DNA of 61,087 nt, filler included, from Barthelona sp. PAP020 (lineage: Eukaryota), in assembly GCA_040182905.1 (NCBI GenBank). It is 10 parts of 10 records of this genome, joined end to end, with 100 filler letters (N's around TTAATTAATTAA, not from the genome) between each part and the next. Parts side by side here need not be neighbours in the genome. Positions count along the whole stretch, not along the records: positions 6,237 to 12,361 come from JARQWU010000563.1; positions 12,462 to 18,525 come from JARQWU010000564.1; positions 18,626 to 24,687 come from JARQWU010000565.1; 7 more parts are not named here. One strand, 5' to 3'. The number at the start of each line of letters is the position of its first letter. Position 1 is the first letter of the stretch. This document shows positions 9,498 to 20,348 of the stretch, in pieces. Position numbers and translations under genes: made by a program. Below the pieces are notes generated by a model. It had not been told where the DNA came from. It worked only from the letters and a program-made list of their open reading frames with translations, and made no database searches.

Positions 9498-11864
9498 ATG
9501 GATTTATACAATCGAGCCTTTAAAGGATGGAATGAATATAATTATGTTGAATATACCAATGCCAATGAAGGTTACTTTCCAACCCCAACACCCAGATATG
9601 GTCATTCGATAACATATTTATCCAATGTAATAATATTGTTTGGGGGTGTTGAAGAATTGGTTACTGGACAGAAGAAGTTATTGTCTGATTTATGGTTATT
9701 TGACATTAAAAAAGGCAGATGGTATGAAATTGATGAACAGGGTCCTGGTGCAAGATATTATCATGGTGCAGCATGCATTGATGGATTGTTGTACATCTTT
9801 GGAGGAACATCTTTTACCACTAGTTTGAATGATTTATGGATGTTTGATATTAAGACCAGAAGATGGACATTGTATCAACCTAAATACAGCCCTGCAGCAC
9901 GTCATTCGTGTACATTTACAAATTTTGGCAATAAACTGATCATGTTTGGTGGTACAAATGATGAAAAATGTTTTGGTGATTTTTGGATGTTTGACACGGT
10001 TTCCACAGATTCTTCTTGGTTGCGTTTATCACCTGGTGGAACTGTGGATGATCCAGTTCCCAGGTATGGTCATGTATGTTTTGTTCTAGGAAGTGACATT
10101 ATAATTCATGGAGGATCAGACAGTAAGCATATTTTAAATGATGTATGGTGTTTTAATGCCATTTCTTTAGGTTGGACTAGATTATCTATTTCTGCGCATG
10201 CCCCACATTTAATGAGACATGCTTGTGTAGCGATAGGTCGATCGAATGCTTTAATTATTGGTGGAACTCAACCAAATAAATTAGGCATCTTTTCCAGAGT
10301 GTTTTTACTTCAGTACAAATTAAATTCTGTGAGTGAAAACGTGTTTTCAACTCCAGCGAGAAATCAACCGGATGAAATAGCTTGTGAGTTTGTTGAATTA
10401 CAAATACCATGTTCAAATAGTCAAGGAGTTATTCCACCAATACATTCCACCGCAATTTCTTTCATTCCTTCGTTTGATCTTACAACAAGAAAGCAAATCG
10501 CTGAAGGCAACTTGATTGTGTTGTATGGTGGTATGAATAATACACAAAAATCAGTTGGTAACTTTTATACAATTCCTTTAGAGCAAATACCATTGAGTTC
10601 TTTTTATATAGAATCTAAAATTGAAGTGTTTGAGTCTCATGAAGATGAAGTGTCTATGAAATTAGCTAAAGCATTTAATCTCTTTTTTAGAGGTGAAGGC
10701 ACATTGGATGATGTCGGTAAAGCACTTATTGATGTCTCATCTCACCAATTAAACACTGCCATTGAAAAAATGGATGAAGTTCGTGAATCCTATGAAAAGA
10801 ACCAAAAGCAATCAGAAATCGTTCAATTGAGATTTCATGGATATATTGAAACAATGGAAAGAAATATGGCTGAAATAAAGAAGGTTTATGAAGAACTACA
10901 GGAAAATCAAAAAAATACTGCTTTAGAAAATGAAGAACGACGATTGGAAATTGTCAAGATGAATGAGCAAGCAGAAGAGAATTTGAAAATGATAACAGAT
11001 GTGAATCAAGGGATTTCTCAGAAATTTGTAACTTTTGAACATACTTTTGATCAGATTAATGATAATATGAATCAGAATAAAGGCGAATTCAATACCAAAA
11101 TGAATGAGATGGACGAAAAGTTTGTTGAATTATTATTGAGGCAAAAAGATGATTCAAATGAAGAAATTTCTAAGTTACAGACAAAGTTCAGAAGCATTGA
11201 AGAAAGAAATCAAGATAATAGTGAGAAAATTGAAGAGCTGAAAGAAATGGATACTGAACTTAAAAACAAATTTGATGAAAGCATAGAAAGAGTGAATGAA
11301 AGCATTGAATCATGCAACGTGAATTTTGACGTTGCTATCAAAGATGCAATATCTCAATTGACTTTGAAATATCAAGAAGAATTGCAAAAGAGAGATGAAA
11401 GAATTGAAAAATTGAGTAATGAAAACAACACTTTATTTGACAAAATTGAGCAACAAAATGATTTGATTAGCAGTCTTATCAATCGTGTAGAATTTATTGA
11501 AAACCTTTCTCAAGCCCATGATGATAGAATGAGCAGTTTGACACAGATTGAAGATTTCACCAAGTCTCAATTGAAGACTAATGAGGACATTACACAAAAA
11601 GTTTCTTCCATTTGTGATGAGATTGACGATTTGAAAAAATTTGCAAATGAAAACTCAAGCAATGAATTGAATCAAATCAAAAGTGATATCAATGCCATGT
11701 TACAGAGAATTTCTGTTCTTCAAGATGATTTTGGTTCAAGAAACAGACAAATTAATAAGCGAGTTGAGGAATTTGAACAATTGATTGATTTACGTTTTGA
11801 AAAAATTCGTATTTTTGTTCCAAAAGATGAAAAAGAGGATGAAAAAGAGGAAGAAAAAGAATAA
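9498..11864 (+). CDS. Kelch-repeat beta-propeller protein with long C-terminal coiled coil
   Basis: Repeated PRYGH...LFGG...DLW kelch motifs, then a heptad-rich E/K/Q/N C-terminal half. Confidence 0.9.
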   Translation: MDLYNRAFKGWNEYNYVEYTNANEGYFPTPTPRYGHSITYLSNVIILFGGVEELVTGQKKLLSDLWLFDIKKGRWYEIDEQGPGARYYHGAACIDGLLYIFGGTSFTTSLNDLWMFDIKTRRWTLYQPKYSPAARHSCTFTNFGNKLIMFGGTNDEKCFGDFWMFDTVSTDSSWLRLSPGGTVDDPVPRYGHVCFVLGSDIIIHGGSDSKHILNDVWCFNAISLGWTRLSISAHAPHLMRHACVAIGRSNALIIGGTQPNKLGIFSRVFLLQYKLNSVSENVFSTPARNQPDEIACEFVELQIPCSNSQGVIPPIHSTAISFIPSFDLTTRKQIAEGNLIVLYGGMNNTQKSVGNFYTIPLEQIPLSSFYIESKIEVFESHEDEVSMKLAKAFNLFFRGEGTLDDVGKALIDVSSHQLNTAIEKMDEVRESYEKNQKQSEIVQLRFHGYIETMERNMAEIKKVYEELQENQKNTALENEERRLEIVKMNEQAEENLKMITDVNQGISQKFVTFEHTFDQINDNMNQNKGEFNTKMNEMDEKFVELLLRQKDDSNEEISKLQTKFRSIEERNQDNSEKIEELKEMDTELKNKFDESIERVNESIESCNVNFDVAIKDAISQLTLKYQEELQKRDERIEKLSNENNTLFDKIEQQNDLISSLINRVEFIENLSQAHDDRMSSLTQIEDFTKSQLKTNEDITQKVSSICDEIDDLKKFANENSSNELNQIKSDINAMLQRISVLQDDFGSRNRQINKRVEEFEQLIDLRFEKIRIFVPKDEKEDEKEEEKE

Positions 11865-12111
11865 ATTGAAAGTTTTTTTTATGTATGTGTTCATTATTAT
11901 TTCTTTAAAGAATTCCCGTTTTAGAATGTGAATTTAGTTGTTTTTATTGAAAAAACCATCTTTTGTTTTATTCAAAGAGCAAAAAAGAATGAAACACAAC
12001 TTGGCTTTGTCTTTTCTTTGCTCTATTCTTCTGTTTCAATGAAGAAAATTCTTTTGTTTTTCTTCATACCAAATTAATACTGTTTTAGAAAAAAATATGA
12101 AACAGGAAAAT

Positions 12112-12360
12112 TTATACACACTTTATTTGGAAAACCACAATTTTCTCAACTGGCCTGCCTCCAACAGCACCTTTGACACGAACTCTAGCAACAAATTCGG
12201 TACTTTCATTCGGGTCAGTCATCGTGACCTTTTGCAAAACTTGGTTTGCTTCAATTTGTGCGGAAAACACCTTTTGCTTCCAACCAGAAACACAAGAAAA
12301 TTCCATGTCACAATTCAAAGGAATGGTAGATGCCAAAATAAACATTGCCTCAAAATTACC
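12112..12360 (-). CDS. 3' end of a protein with probable adaptin appendage (gamma-ear-like) domain (partial)
   Basis: Open to the contig edge. The beta-strand pattern VLQKVTMTDPNESTEFVARVRVKGAVGG resembles the GAE C-terminus (ITQVIKVLNP...LRMRIKLTY). Resemblance from memory only. Confidence 0.4.
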   Translation of the reverse strand, partial: GNFEAMFILASTIPLNCDMEFSCVSGWKQKVFSAQIEANQVLQKVTMTDPNESTEFVARVRVKGAVGGRPVEKIVVFQIKCV

Positions 12361-12361
12361 A

Positions 12362-12461
12362 NNNNNNNNNNNNNNNNNNNNNNNNNNNNNNNNNNNNNNN
12401 NNNNNTTAATTAATTAANNNNNNNNNNNNNNNNNNNNNNNNNNNNNNNNNNNNNNNNNNNN
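12362..12461. other. Artificial contig linker
   Basis: N44-TTAATTAATTAA-N44. Confidence 0.98.
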
Positions 12462-12720
12462 CAGATCCTGATTCAGAATCAGAATCAGATTCTTCGGCAG
12501 GAAGTTCACATTCCATAGTTTTTTCACCAGGGAAAGATTTTCTGTCTTCTTCACTGAAAGATGCCATATGATTTAACCAACGGGCAAGATTGGGACAACC
12601 AGAAGGTAATTCCAAATCCTTGATCAAAGAATAAATTTCATGATCATCAGCAGTAGGAATATGTCCACCAAAGTATGAATTTGTGAGTAAGAAAACGTTT
12701 AAGTCGATAGGATAAAGCAT
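12462..12720 (-). CDS. EEF1B: Elongation factor 1-beta, N-terminal part (3' truncated)
   Basis: LNVFLLTNSYFGGHIPTADD...PNLARWLNHMASF matches the eEF1B N-terminal GST-like domain, followed by an acidic linker. Confidence 0.85.
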
Positions 12721-12939
12721 TTCAATAGAAAAAACAAATAAACAATCATTTTAAAAATTCATAATTTTTATTTTTTCAATTCAAATTTCCTTTTGTATTG
12801 TAAATATTACACTGAAAACATATATTTATGTGATTTTAAGTTGTTTAATAATTGTCATGGTTTTGATGGTTGGTTTAGAAATGAAAAGAAAAAGCATTGA
12901 CAAAATACTGAAGTGAAAAAAACCTATAAATGAAGATGT

Positions 12940-14445
12940 TTATTTAATATTAACAACTTTTGTAATTGTACCTTTCTGAGTGTCTTGAGCTCTTTTCCCA
13001 AATTCCAAGACTTGTTTTGTTTCTGATAATTGATCTTCTACTGGACTACACGTCACAATAGTAATTAATTTTGCATTACCACCAATACAATCCGCCAAAA
13101 TCCTTGTTAATTTTGAATTTCTATATGGAATATGCTGGTGCTTTTCTCTGATTGAATGAATTACATCAGCCAAAGCAGCTAAAGATTTGTTGATATTTGA
13201 ACCTTCTCTTCTTCTTAAACCAACAGCACCTGTTTTTCCAACACTTTCAGAACCAGCTAAATCTACCAAATGTAATTTTGAAGTCATTCCAGGTGCAATG
13301 TGAATATATAATGTGACAATTAAATGACTTCTAGAAGAATTCCTTGACATTTTTGTGAAAGCCATTTGACGATTTTCGCTAGCTGTTTCCATCAAAGAAA
13401 TAACATCTTCAGCACAGGTCACATTGAATACTTCTAAGTTTGGACATATTACTTCAATATTGTTGTTGTTTTTAATCAAAATTTCGATCTTTTCTCGATC
13501 AGAACATAGATCATGCACATTTTCATTATATATTTCAATTACAGACATATCTACAGTAGCATTTGGATAATCAGTGAGAAGGTCAAACACTTCTCTGGCA
13601 GAACGGAAAACAATTCCAGGATCATGATCTGGTCCAAGCATTGTATGTGTTTTACCAGAACCAGTCTGACCATAAGCCATAATACAAACATTATACCCAT
13701 CAACAGCTGATTGTACCAAAGGAGCGATTTCATAGAACACATCATTTTGTGAGGCGGAAACACCCCAAACAGATTCAAAGTCCATCGTTTTTCTTTCAAC
13801 TTCTCCTTTTAAAGCTGTGGCTCCAATCTTTGGCAAATCTAACGCAAGACTAGTTGAACCCAAATCATGCACAGCTACATCAGAGGTTTCATGATCTCCT
13901 TTTGGTCTAATTCTCACGAATACTCGAATATTACCTTTTAATTCTTGAATTTCATTGTGCATTTTTCTTCTAGATTCACGTTCTAATTTTCGTTCCATTT
14001 CACGTTGTTTTTCAGCCAATTCATTCGCTTCTTTTAATGCCTCTTGATCGTTTAATTTTGCTCTGAGTTGAATAATCTCATTATTCTTGTCGATCAATTC
14101 TTTTTCATAATCTGAATTTTTTTGCTTTTCATTAGAAAATTTGGTTTCTAAGTTTTTGACTTTTAATTCAAAGTCTTTAATTTTAAATTCATAATTGCTA
14201 TTTAATTCCTTAATATTGTTTTGAAATTTTAAATTTAATTCAGACAATTGAACACTGTGTTTATCCAATAAAGTTTGACGATATTTTCTTTGAATATTAA
14301 CATGATTCTCCAAATTTTGAACTTGTTTTTTGAATTCATTATTGGCTTGAGCAATTCTTTGATTGACAGTTTGATATTGTTTTAATTTTTCAATTAAAGA
14401 TACAATAGATTGTATTCTTCCGTCATATTTTTCGGGAGAAAGCAT
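12940..14445 (-). CDS. Kinesin-14 family C-terminal motor (Kar3/Ncd/KIFC type)
   Basis: N-terminal coiled coil, neck RRKMHNEIQELKGNIRVFVRIRP, P-loop GQTGSGKT, switch I SSRSH, switch II DLAGSE, HIPYRNSKLT. Confidence 0.95.
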   Translation of the reverse strand: MLSPEKYDGRIQSIVSLIEKLKQYQTVNQRIAQANNEFKKQVQNLENHVNIQRKYRQTLLDKHSVQLSELNLKFQNNIKELNSNYEFKIKDFELKVKNLETKFSNEKQKNSDYEKELIDKNNEIIQLRAKLNDQEALKEANELAEKQREMERKLERESRRKMHNEIQELKGNIRVFVRIRPKGDHETSDVAVHDLGSTSLALDLPKIGATALKGEVERKTMDFESVWGVSASQNDVFYEIAPLVQSAVDGYNVCIMAYGQTGSGKTHTMLGPDHDPGIVFRSAREVFDLLTDYPNATVDMSVIEIYNENVHDLCSDREKIEILIKNNNNIEVICPNLEVFNVTCAEDVISLMETASENRQMAFTKMSRNSSRSHLIVTLYIHIAPGMTSKLHLVDLAGSESVGKTGAVGLRRREGSNINKSLAALADVIHSIREKHQHIPYRNSKLTRILADCIGGNAKLITIVTCSPVEDQLSETKQVLEFGKRAQDTQKGTITKVVNIK

Positions 14446-14511
14446 TTGTTCTTTGCAAAGAAAAAAAAAAAATTTTGTTTTTCAACTGCTTATTTTTTAT
14501 TATTAAATACA

Positions 14512-17500
14512 TCAATTATCAAAACCACAACAAGGGCAAACATCACTAAAGTAATGATTATCACAGCGTACACATTTAATAGAATTTTCATTTTGTTGTA
14601 AAGTATCATACAAAACACAAAATTCTTCTTTACATTTTTGACAAATCAATTGAGATTTGAGTGCACCCAATTTTGAATATCTTTGAAAATTTCCTCCACA
14701 AATACATCTTAACCTTTCATTATTATCTTTTGTGAAGGGAACACTTTCAATTTGTTGAATAAAATCATCAACTTCCCCAAAACCATCCTTATAAAGATCT
14801 AAAAACATCGAGAAATAAACTTTATGACCATTTTCTTTCAGATAACTCAAAGTGGTTTGCAAAGTTCTTTTTCGATGGTCTAATTTCAATTTTAATAATC
14901 CAAATTGTATCATTAATGACAGATTTCTTTGATTGTTAGGAATATGTCGAATTTTTAAGTAAAATAAATACGACCCCATGATTTTTGAAGGCAAAGTAAG
15001 GGGCATTAAACGAATTTTTGTTAAACCAAAGCTTTGAGCTTCTTCAAAGTCGTTATTTGACACCAAATGCATGATATGATTGGCAAAATTCCCTGCTTCA
15101 GTATCACTCACAATACTTATGGGATTCACTGATTCAATTTGTCTTTGCTCTTGCTTATCTGTCTTTGGACTCAAACCGGATAAGGAACGATTCTCTTGAT
15201 ATGGAGTGGGTGTTAATATCAATGAACCTGTATCATAAGAAGATGAAGAAGAAGAAGAAGAATCCGGGGATGACACAGTCAATTTATCTGACTCTTTTGA
15301 ATTTTTATTTGGGGATTTATATTTATTCTTTCCTATTGTTAAAGGAAGTGATATACTTTTTTTCTTTGATTTATTTGAAGAAATTTTGGATAATGTGATA
15401 GGTTTGTTTGTTTTCGTTGGTTCATCATCGAATTCTGGTTTGGGACTTAAAGAACCATCTGATGAAGCATTTTTTTTAACTGTAAATTTAAACTTTTGTG
15501 AAGATGATCCACGACTCATTCTGTCCTCTCTGAGTAATCTTTGCGCTTCTGATTCATGGGTAACCTTTTTAGGGCTATTAGAAGTGGTAATCATTAACCA
15601 CTCGGGTAATTGCTCAACATTAATATTTTCAAGTATTTGAGGAGTTCCTGGCTTTGAATTAAAATATTCTTTGGATAAATTAGACCCATTTTCGTAATTC
15701 AATTCATATTCACTGGGTCTATTTATAGGAACAATTTTCTCCCCTTTAAAAGTTTTAATATCCATAGTATCTATTCTTTGAGCTCTAATTTTATCAAAGT
15801 TTAACACATTCACATGATTTTCAAATACCACTTCAGGAACATGATAAATTTCAATGTTTTCTTTACGTAACAGATTTGGGAGAACCATTTTAATCATTTC
15901 CAATTCTTTTTTTGCTTGTTTATCTTTTACAAGGTTGATGTCATAATTAATCAAGTATTGATACGCTTCAATTGATTTATTTTCAACAGCTATGCTGTAT
16001 GCATAGGAAAAATCATTTAAAGCAACAAAATAATGAAAAGCTTCATTGATAAAACCGGTTTGCCAACAGATAAAGGCTAATTCTTTTTTGAATCGAGAAA
16101 TCAAACTGGTTTGATCAATTTGTTCAAATAAACTTGTGTCACCACCTCTTAATCCAATGATAAATTTGGTCATTGAGTCCATTTCGTCCTTAAATGTAGA
16201 AATATCCAACAAATACTTGGCTTCAGCATATAGTCCAAAATCACTAATATAGCTCAAAATCATTGGAGAAAGTACCGATAATTCATCAACAGTATGCCTT
16301 TCCAACACTAACTTTCTAAATATGTCTTCACGATTTTCAGCAAGCACAGATAAAACAACGTTAGAAACGATAGGTTCAAAAGATCGAATGAACATTTTTT
16401 CAATTGTACCAAGGGTTGTAAAGATACATCTGTCCCAACCTAAACAAAGTAAAGAAACGCCAGGTCGAAATAAACTTTGAATCTTACCAGTTTGTCGCAT
16501 CCTAGCGTTCAAAGGCCTTGGAACGATATAATACAAATTGGCAAGATCAGTAAAATATAGCACAGGACCAAGCCATTGAATAGAAGTAGATACAGGTCCT
16601 AAACAAGTGTTAAGTGAATAGTCTTCAAATACTTTAAAAGTGGGGGACATGATAATAATTCTTTTTGTGGTAAGAACACCAATGTAATCTGAAATTTGAG
16701 GTTGAAAGCTCTTTCCATAGAAATGTTTAACTGTCAAAATGGTTTCATTATTCAATTCAAGACATTGTAAACCAACTCCACTATCCAATATATGATATAA
16801 ACACGTTCTTTCCAGTTGTCTATCAAATCCTTCGGCTAAGCATACATGAGAAGTTGCAGGATGAGCCTTAAAAAGTTTATAGAGAAATATACCACTTAAA
16901 TTAATTGGATCCGCTGGAATATCAATATTAGAGGTGACATAAACTTGAGAATTTTTATTCAACACAACAAACATATTTTTTTTGAAGGAAACAACATCAA
17001 AATGATTGGCTATTTCAACATTTTTTGTAAATAAATAAAGGACACAATTGATTGGACTTTTTGACCCGAATTCTAATCCGTTGAATAAAATTACAGGTTC
17101 TTCTTCTTTCAATAATAAGAAACTATTGATAACAATATCTAATACACTGGGAATTGAACAAATACGGGAACATTTTTGGTTGATTTGATTATATGAATAC
17201 AGATATCGTTTATTAATGAATAATACACAATTGTTAAGCAAATATTTTTCCTTTTGCTCCAATCCTTGAGAATTGTATGAATGAACCTGTTGTTCAACCT
17301 CTAAAATTCGATAAGGACTCAATTGTTGAGTATAACTGATAATTTTTGCTTGAGTATCCACATTACTAACAAAGAAAGGCGCTAGTGGACTGATCAATAT
17401 TTCATTATTCTCATTGATATTATTTAAAGTTAATTCAAGCATTCCTTCGGGGAAAAAATATGTGTCTTGAATAAATTTTTGCCCATCACAAATTAAAGAA

Positions 17501-18324
17501 GTTAAGTAACCAAAATTGTCCAACATTAACATCAAAAATCTCTTTTCAATGGGATAATGAGGTATACTCATGCATTTAAGACATACAATAAAAGTATCCT
17601 TATTATTCCTTCGTTCGATTTCATAAGTGCAAATCAAGTTTCCAGAAATGAGAGAAAACATGGCAATTAATCCATTTTCATATGCAATCATGGCAAAATC
17701 ATTACAAATATCAAATCCACCAGTGGGGTCATCGCATCTATGCCCTTCAACTCTTAGAATTTTGTTTGTATCTATTTTCTCTTCAGTTTTAAAATTATGC
17801 AAATGAAAGAACCTTAATACACCAGATAAAGATAAGGCAATAAAGCAATTAGCTTTTTTGTAATAATAGAATTGGAAATTTCGAACCCCTGCTTCATCAA
17901 ATTTTTTAAATGTTTTGTTTTGTGAATTATAATAATAAGCTATTCTTTTCTTTGACCGGAAATGAAGAATTAATTGAAAATGTTCATTATCAATAAACTC
18001 AACACATACATTGTCAAAAACAACAGAAAAATTATCAATTCTATGAATTTCTTTTATAGAATTCATTGAATTGAAAAAACGCTCTTCAATTAACCCATTC
18101 ATATGAACAATAATACAAATCTTTCCATCAGGTGAAAACTTAATGGAATTAACTTCATCAGAAGTAACAAAAAACTCATCACTTTCATTTTGATTTAAAT
18201 AATTATTAATTATATGATGTGTTCCATTGGAAATAATAATATAAGGATCAATCGGATGAAAAACAAAAAATTTCACATCTCCAAAATCAACATTAACTAC
18301 GAAAGGTAATAGAGAATAAGTCAT
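14512..18324 (-). CDS. Protocoatomer protein (two beta-propellers, solenoid, C-terminal Cys cluster), probable TSET subunit TTRAY2/TWD40-2
   Basis: N-terminal FHPIDPYI. IGVLTTKRIIIMS...SIQWLGPVLYFT...LLCLGWDRCIF...FEPIV resembles plant TWD40-2 (GILTTQRVLMVS...SLLWVGPALLFS...GALNDRLLL...LEPLL). Ser/Lys-rich linker and CxxC pairs at the end. Confidence 0.65.
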   Translation of the reverse strand: MTYSLLPFVVNVDFGDVKFFVFHPIDPYIIISNGTHHIINNYLNQNESDEFFVTSDEVNSIKFSPDGKICIIVHMNGLIEERFFNSMNSIKEIHRIDNFSVVFDNVCVEFIDNEHFQLILHFRSKKRIAYYYNSQNKTFKKFDEAGVRNFQFYYYKKANCFIALSLSGVLRFFHLHNFKTEEKIDTNKILRVEGHRCDDPTGGFDICNDFAMIAYENGLIAMFSLISGNLICTYEIERRNNKDTFIVCLKCMSIPHYPIEKRFLMLMLDNFGYLTSLICDGQKFIQDTYFFPEGMLELTLNNINENNEILISPLAPFFVSNVDTQAKIISYTQQLSPYRILEVEQQVHSYNSQGLEQKEKYLLNNCVLFINKRYLYSYNQINQKCSRICSIPSVLDIVINSFLLLKEEEPVILFNGLEFGSKSPINCVLYLFTKNVEIANHFDVVSFKKNMFVVLNKNSQVYVTSNIDIPADPINLSGIFLYKLFKAHPATSHVCLAEGFDRQLERTCLYHILDSGVGLQCLELNNETILTVKHFYGKSFQPQISDYIGVLTTKRIIIMSPTFKVFEDYSLNTCLGPVSTSIQWLGPVLYFTDLANLYYIVPRPLNARMRQTGKIQSLFRPGVSLLCLGWDRCIFTTLGTIEKMFIRSFEPIVSNVVLSVLAENREDIFRKLVLERHTVDELSVLSPMILSYISDFGLYAEAKYLLDISTFKDEMDSMTKFIIGLRGGDTSLFEQIDQTSLISRFKKELAFICWQTGFINEAFHYFVALNDFSYAYSIAVENKSIEAYQYLINYDINLVKDKQAKKELEMIKMVLPNLLRKENIEIYHVPEVVFENHVNVLNFDKIRAQRIDTMDIKTFKGEKIVPINRPSEYELNYENGSNLSKEYFNSKPGTPQILENINVEQLPEWLMITTSNSPKKVTHESEAQRLLREDRMSRGSSSQKFKFTVKKNASSDGSLSPKPEFDDEPTKTNKPITLSKISSNKSKKKSISLPLTIGKNKYKSPNKNSKESDKLTVSSPDSSSSSSSSYDTGSLILTPTPYQENRSLSGLSPKTDKQEQRQIESVNPISIVSDTEAGNFANHIMHLVSNNDFEEAQSFGLTKIRLMPLTLPSKIMGSYLFYLKIRHIPNNQRNLSLMIQFGLLKLKLDHRKRTLQTTLSYLKENGHKVYFSMFLDLYKDGFGEVDDFIQQIESVPFTKDNNERLRCICGGNFQRYSKLGALKSQLICQKCKEEFCVLYDTLQQNENSIKCVRCDNHYFSDVCPCCGFDN

Positions 18325-18403
18325 ATCATGAAACAATTATCATTAAGCATAAAAATTCAAGTATTGGTGTAGAATTTTTTTTTTGTTTTATTGTTGTTGA
18401 AAA

Positions 18404-18525
18404 ATGAATTTAAAACAAAGATCAAACAACTCTAATTTGGAGAACTTTGGTCTTGAAGCTTTAAATAGAATGTTACATGAACCAAAATTTTCGGATTTAC
18501 GTCAAGTTATTATATCACCTGATCA
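18404..18525 (+). CDS. 5' end of hypothetical protein (partial)
   Basis: ATG after a T-tract, open to the contig edge: MNLKQRSNNSNLENFGLEALNRMLHEPKFSDLRQVIISPD. Confidence 0.5.
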
Positions 18526-18625
18526 NNNNNNNNNNNNNNNNNNNNNNNNNNNNNNNNNNNNNNNNNNNNTTAATTAATTAANNNNNNNNNNNNNNNNNNN
18601 NNNNNNNNNNNNNNNNNNNNNNNNN
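18526..18625. other. Artificial contig linker
   Basis: N44-TTAATTAATTAA-N44. Confidence 0.98.
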
Positions 18626-19996
18626 TTTTCTTTCTTTGCGTAAATCTTCTTCAACTTTCATCAATTTTCTTTTCAATTCAATCAAAGTATCATCACTTTC
18701 AATCAAAGTACTATCAGGAGTACTCACACTGAACAGCAAACCAGAATTTGGAGACAAAGCAAGGTCAGAAAAAGATTCAGATTCGTTGGCAAAATGCTTC
18801 TTTTCAAAAGGTTCTTTATCGGTGCGTTCTGGAGATAACATTGTATTTACTCTTGAAGTAAGCATAGCCAATCTATTTTGGCTGTTTGAACCAAAAAAAG
18901 GATTTGTTGTTTCTTGAGATGGGGCTGCTCCAGTTGGTTCTTCTAATTTCTTCTTAATATCAGATGGTGATGACGAAACAGGAGAAGAAATGTGAAAGTT
19001 TAATTTGATTCCATCTTCTTCAATAGACTTGTCATTTTCAACATCATTATCACCGTTTAGTCTCATGATTCTCTGTTGAAGTGACATTTTTTTCATTTCA
19101 ACTGGAGATAGACTTTTCTTTGATTCTAAAGGAAACGTTTTCAAATGAATTTCCTTGGACTCATCTTGAAATTTCTTTGTTTCCAAAATAGCAGAAGAAA
19201 CTTCTGTGGGAAAATGCTCATCATTAGTTTTAACATCAGTTTTAATCAGATGATCAGTATCTAATGATTTTGAAACAACTTCACTCAAAGGCGATTTGAT
19301 TGTCTTGTGATGAGATAAAACACTTGAAATAGTTGAGGAATTTGTATTTATTGAAGATGCATTTAAAAAAGGTGAACTTGGACTCTCCAAATTGCTTCTG
19401 CGTTTCCTAATATTCTCGACCTTATCCAAAACTTTTTTCAAATGTTCACCTTTTAATGATTCTTCAGAAATATTCAATTCAAGTAATTTTTTTTCGATAA
19501 AATCAAGATCCACCCTTCGTTCTAAGGTAGCTATCAATACTTTACACAATCCTTGAAATAGACTCATATTTTCAGTGAACAATTTTTTACATAAGAGTGC
19601 TAATATGCCCTCATCAATGTTACAAACACAAACTAATTGAGTTAAAGTGCAAATTGCAGATTTAATTATTGTTTCATTGTTTGAATTGTCAATTAAATCA
19701 ATTAAACTTTCAGTGATTGATAATACATATGGTCCAATATCATCTCTCAAAGTGTCTGAAATGGAACCAATTGTCAATAAAACAGATTGCAGCACAGAAG
19801 ATCTATCAGAATGTAATAGTATAGACAATGAATTCAATACATCATCTAGATTGGCCTTTAATATCTCGATAACATCAGGTTTAAGAGCGGCAGATTGCAA
19901 ATATCTCAACGCTTCTAATCGTTCATACCAAACAACAGAATCATCTCTTAACTTTCCTAACATATGTTGAAAAGTTTCATGTGCATTTTCGGTCAT
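18626..19996 (-). CDS. TOG/CLASP-N-like HEAT domain protein (3' truncated)
   Basis: WYERLEALRYLQ and LHSDRSSVLQSVLLTIGSIS fit a CLASP/TOG HEAT pattern, then an SP-rich disordered region and a coiled coil. Confidence 0.65.
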
Positions 19997-20348
19997 AGAA
20001 AGTATTTAAAAAAAAAAAGGATTCAATTTCATTTATTAATTTTTGTTGCCTTTCGTTTTTCCAGGTTTACTGTTCAGTAATATCAACCCTTTGATATTTG
20101 ATTGGCTTAAGATTGAGGTTAGATTGCCTTTATATAAAAAAGAAAATGAAAAAGTAATTCGAAGACATTCACTCTCCAATCAACATCATAATATTGATAT
20201 TTTTAGCTTCAATATAATTGGTTGCCAAATAATTAGTGACAATAAAACTGTTTTGAAAGATTTCTTTTTCTTTTTTGAAATGTCAATGGATATTTGATTT
20301 TTTTTACGAGTTGTTTGAAATATTGTTACCAAATAGATAAATTATTGA

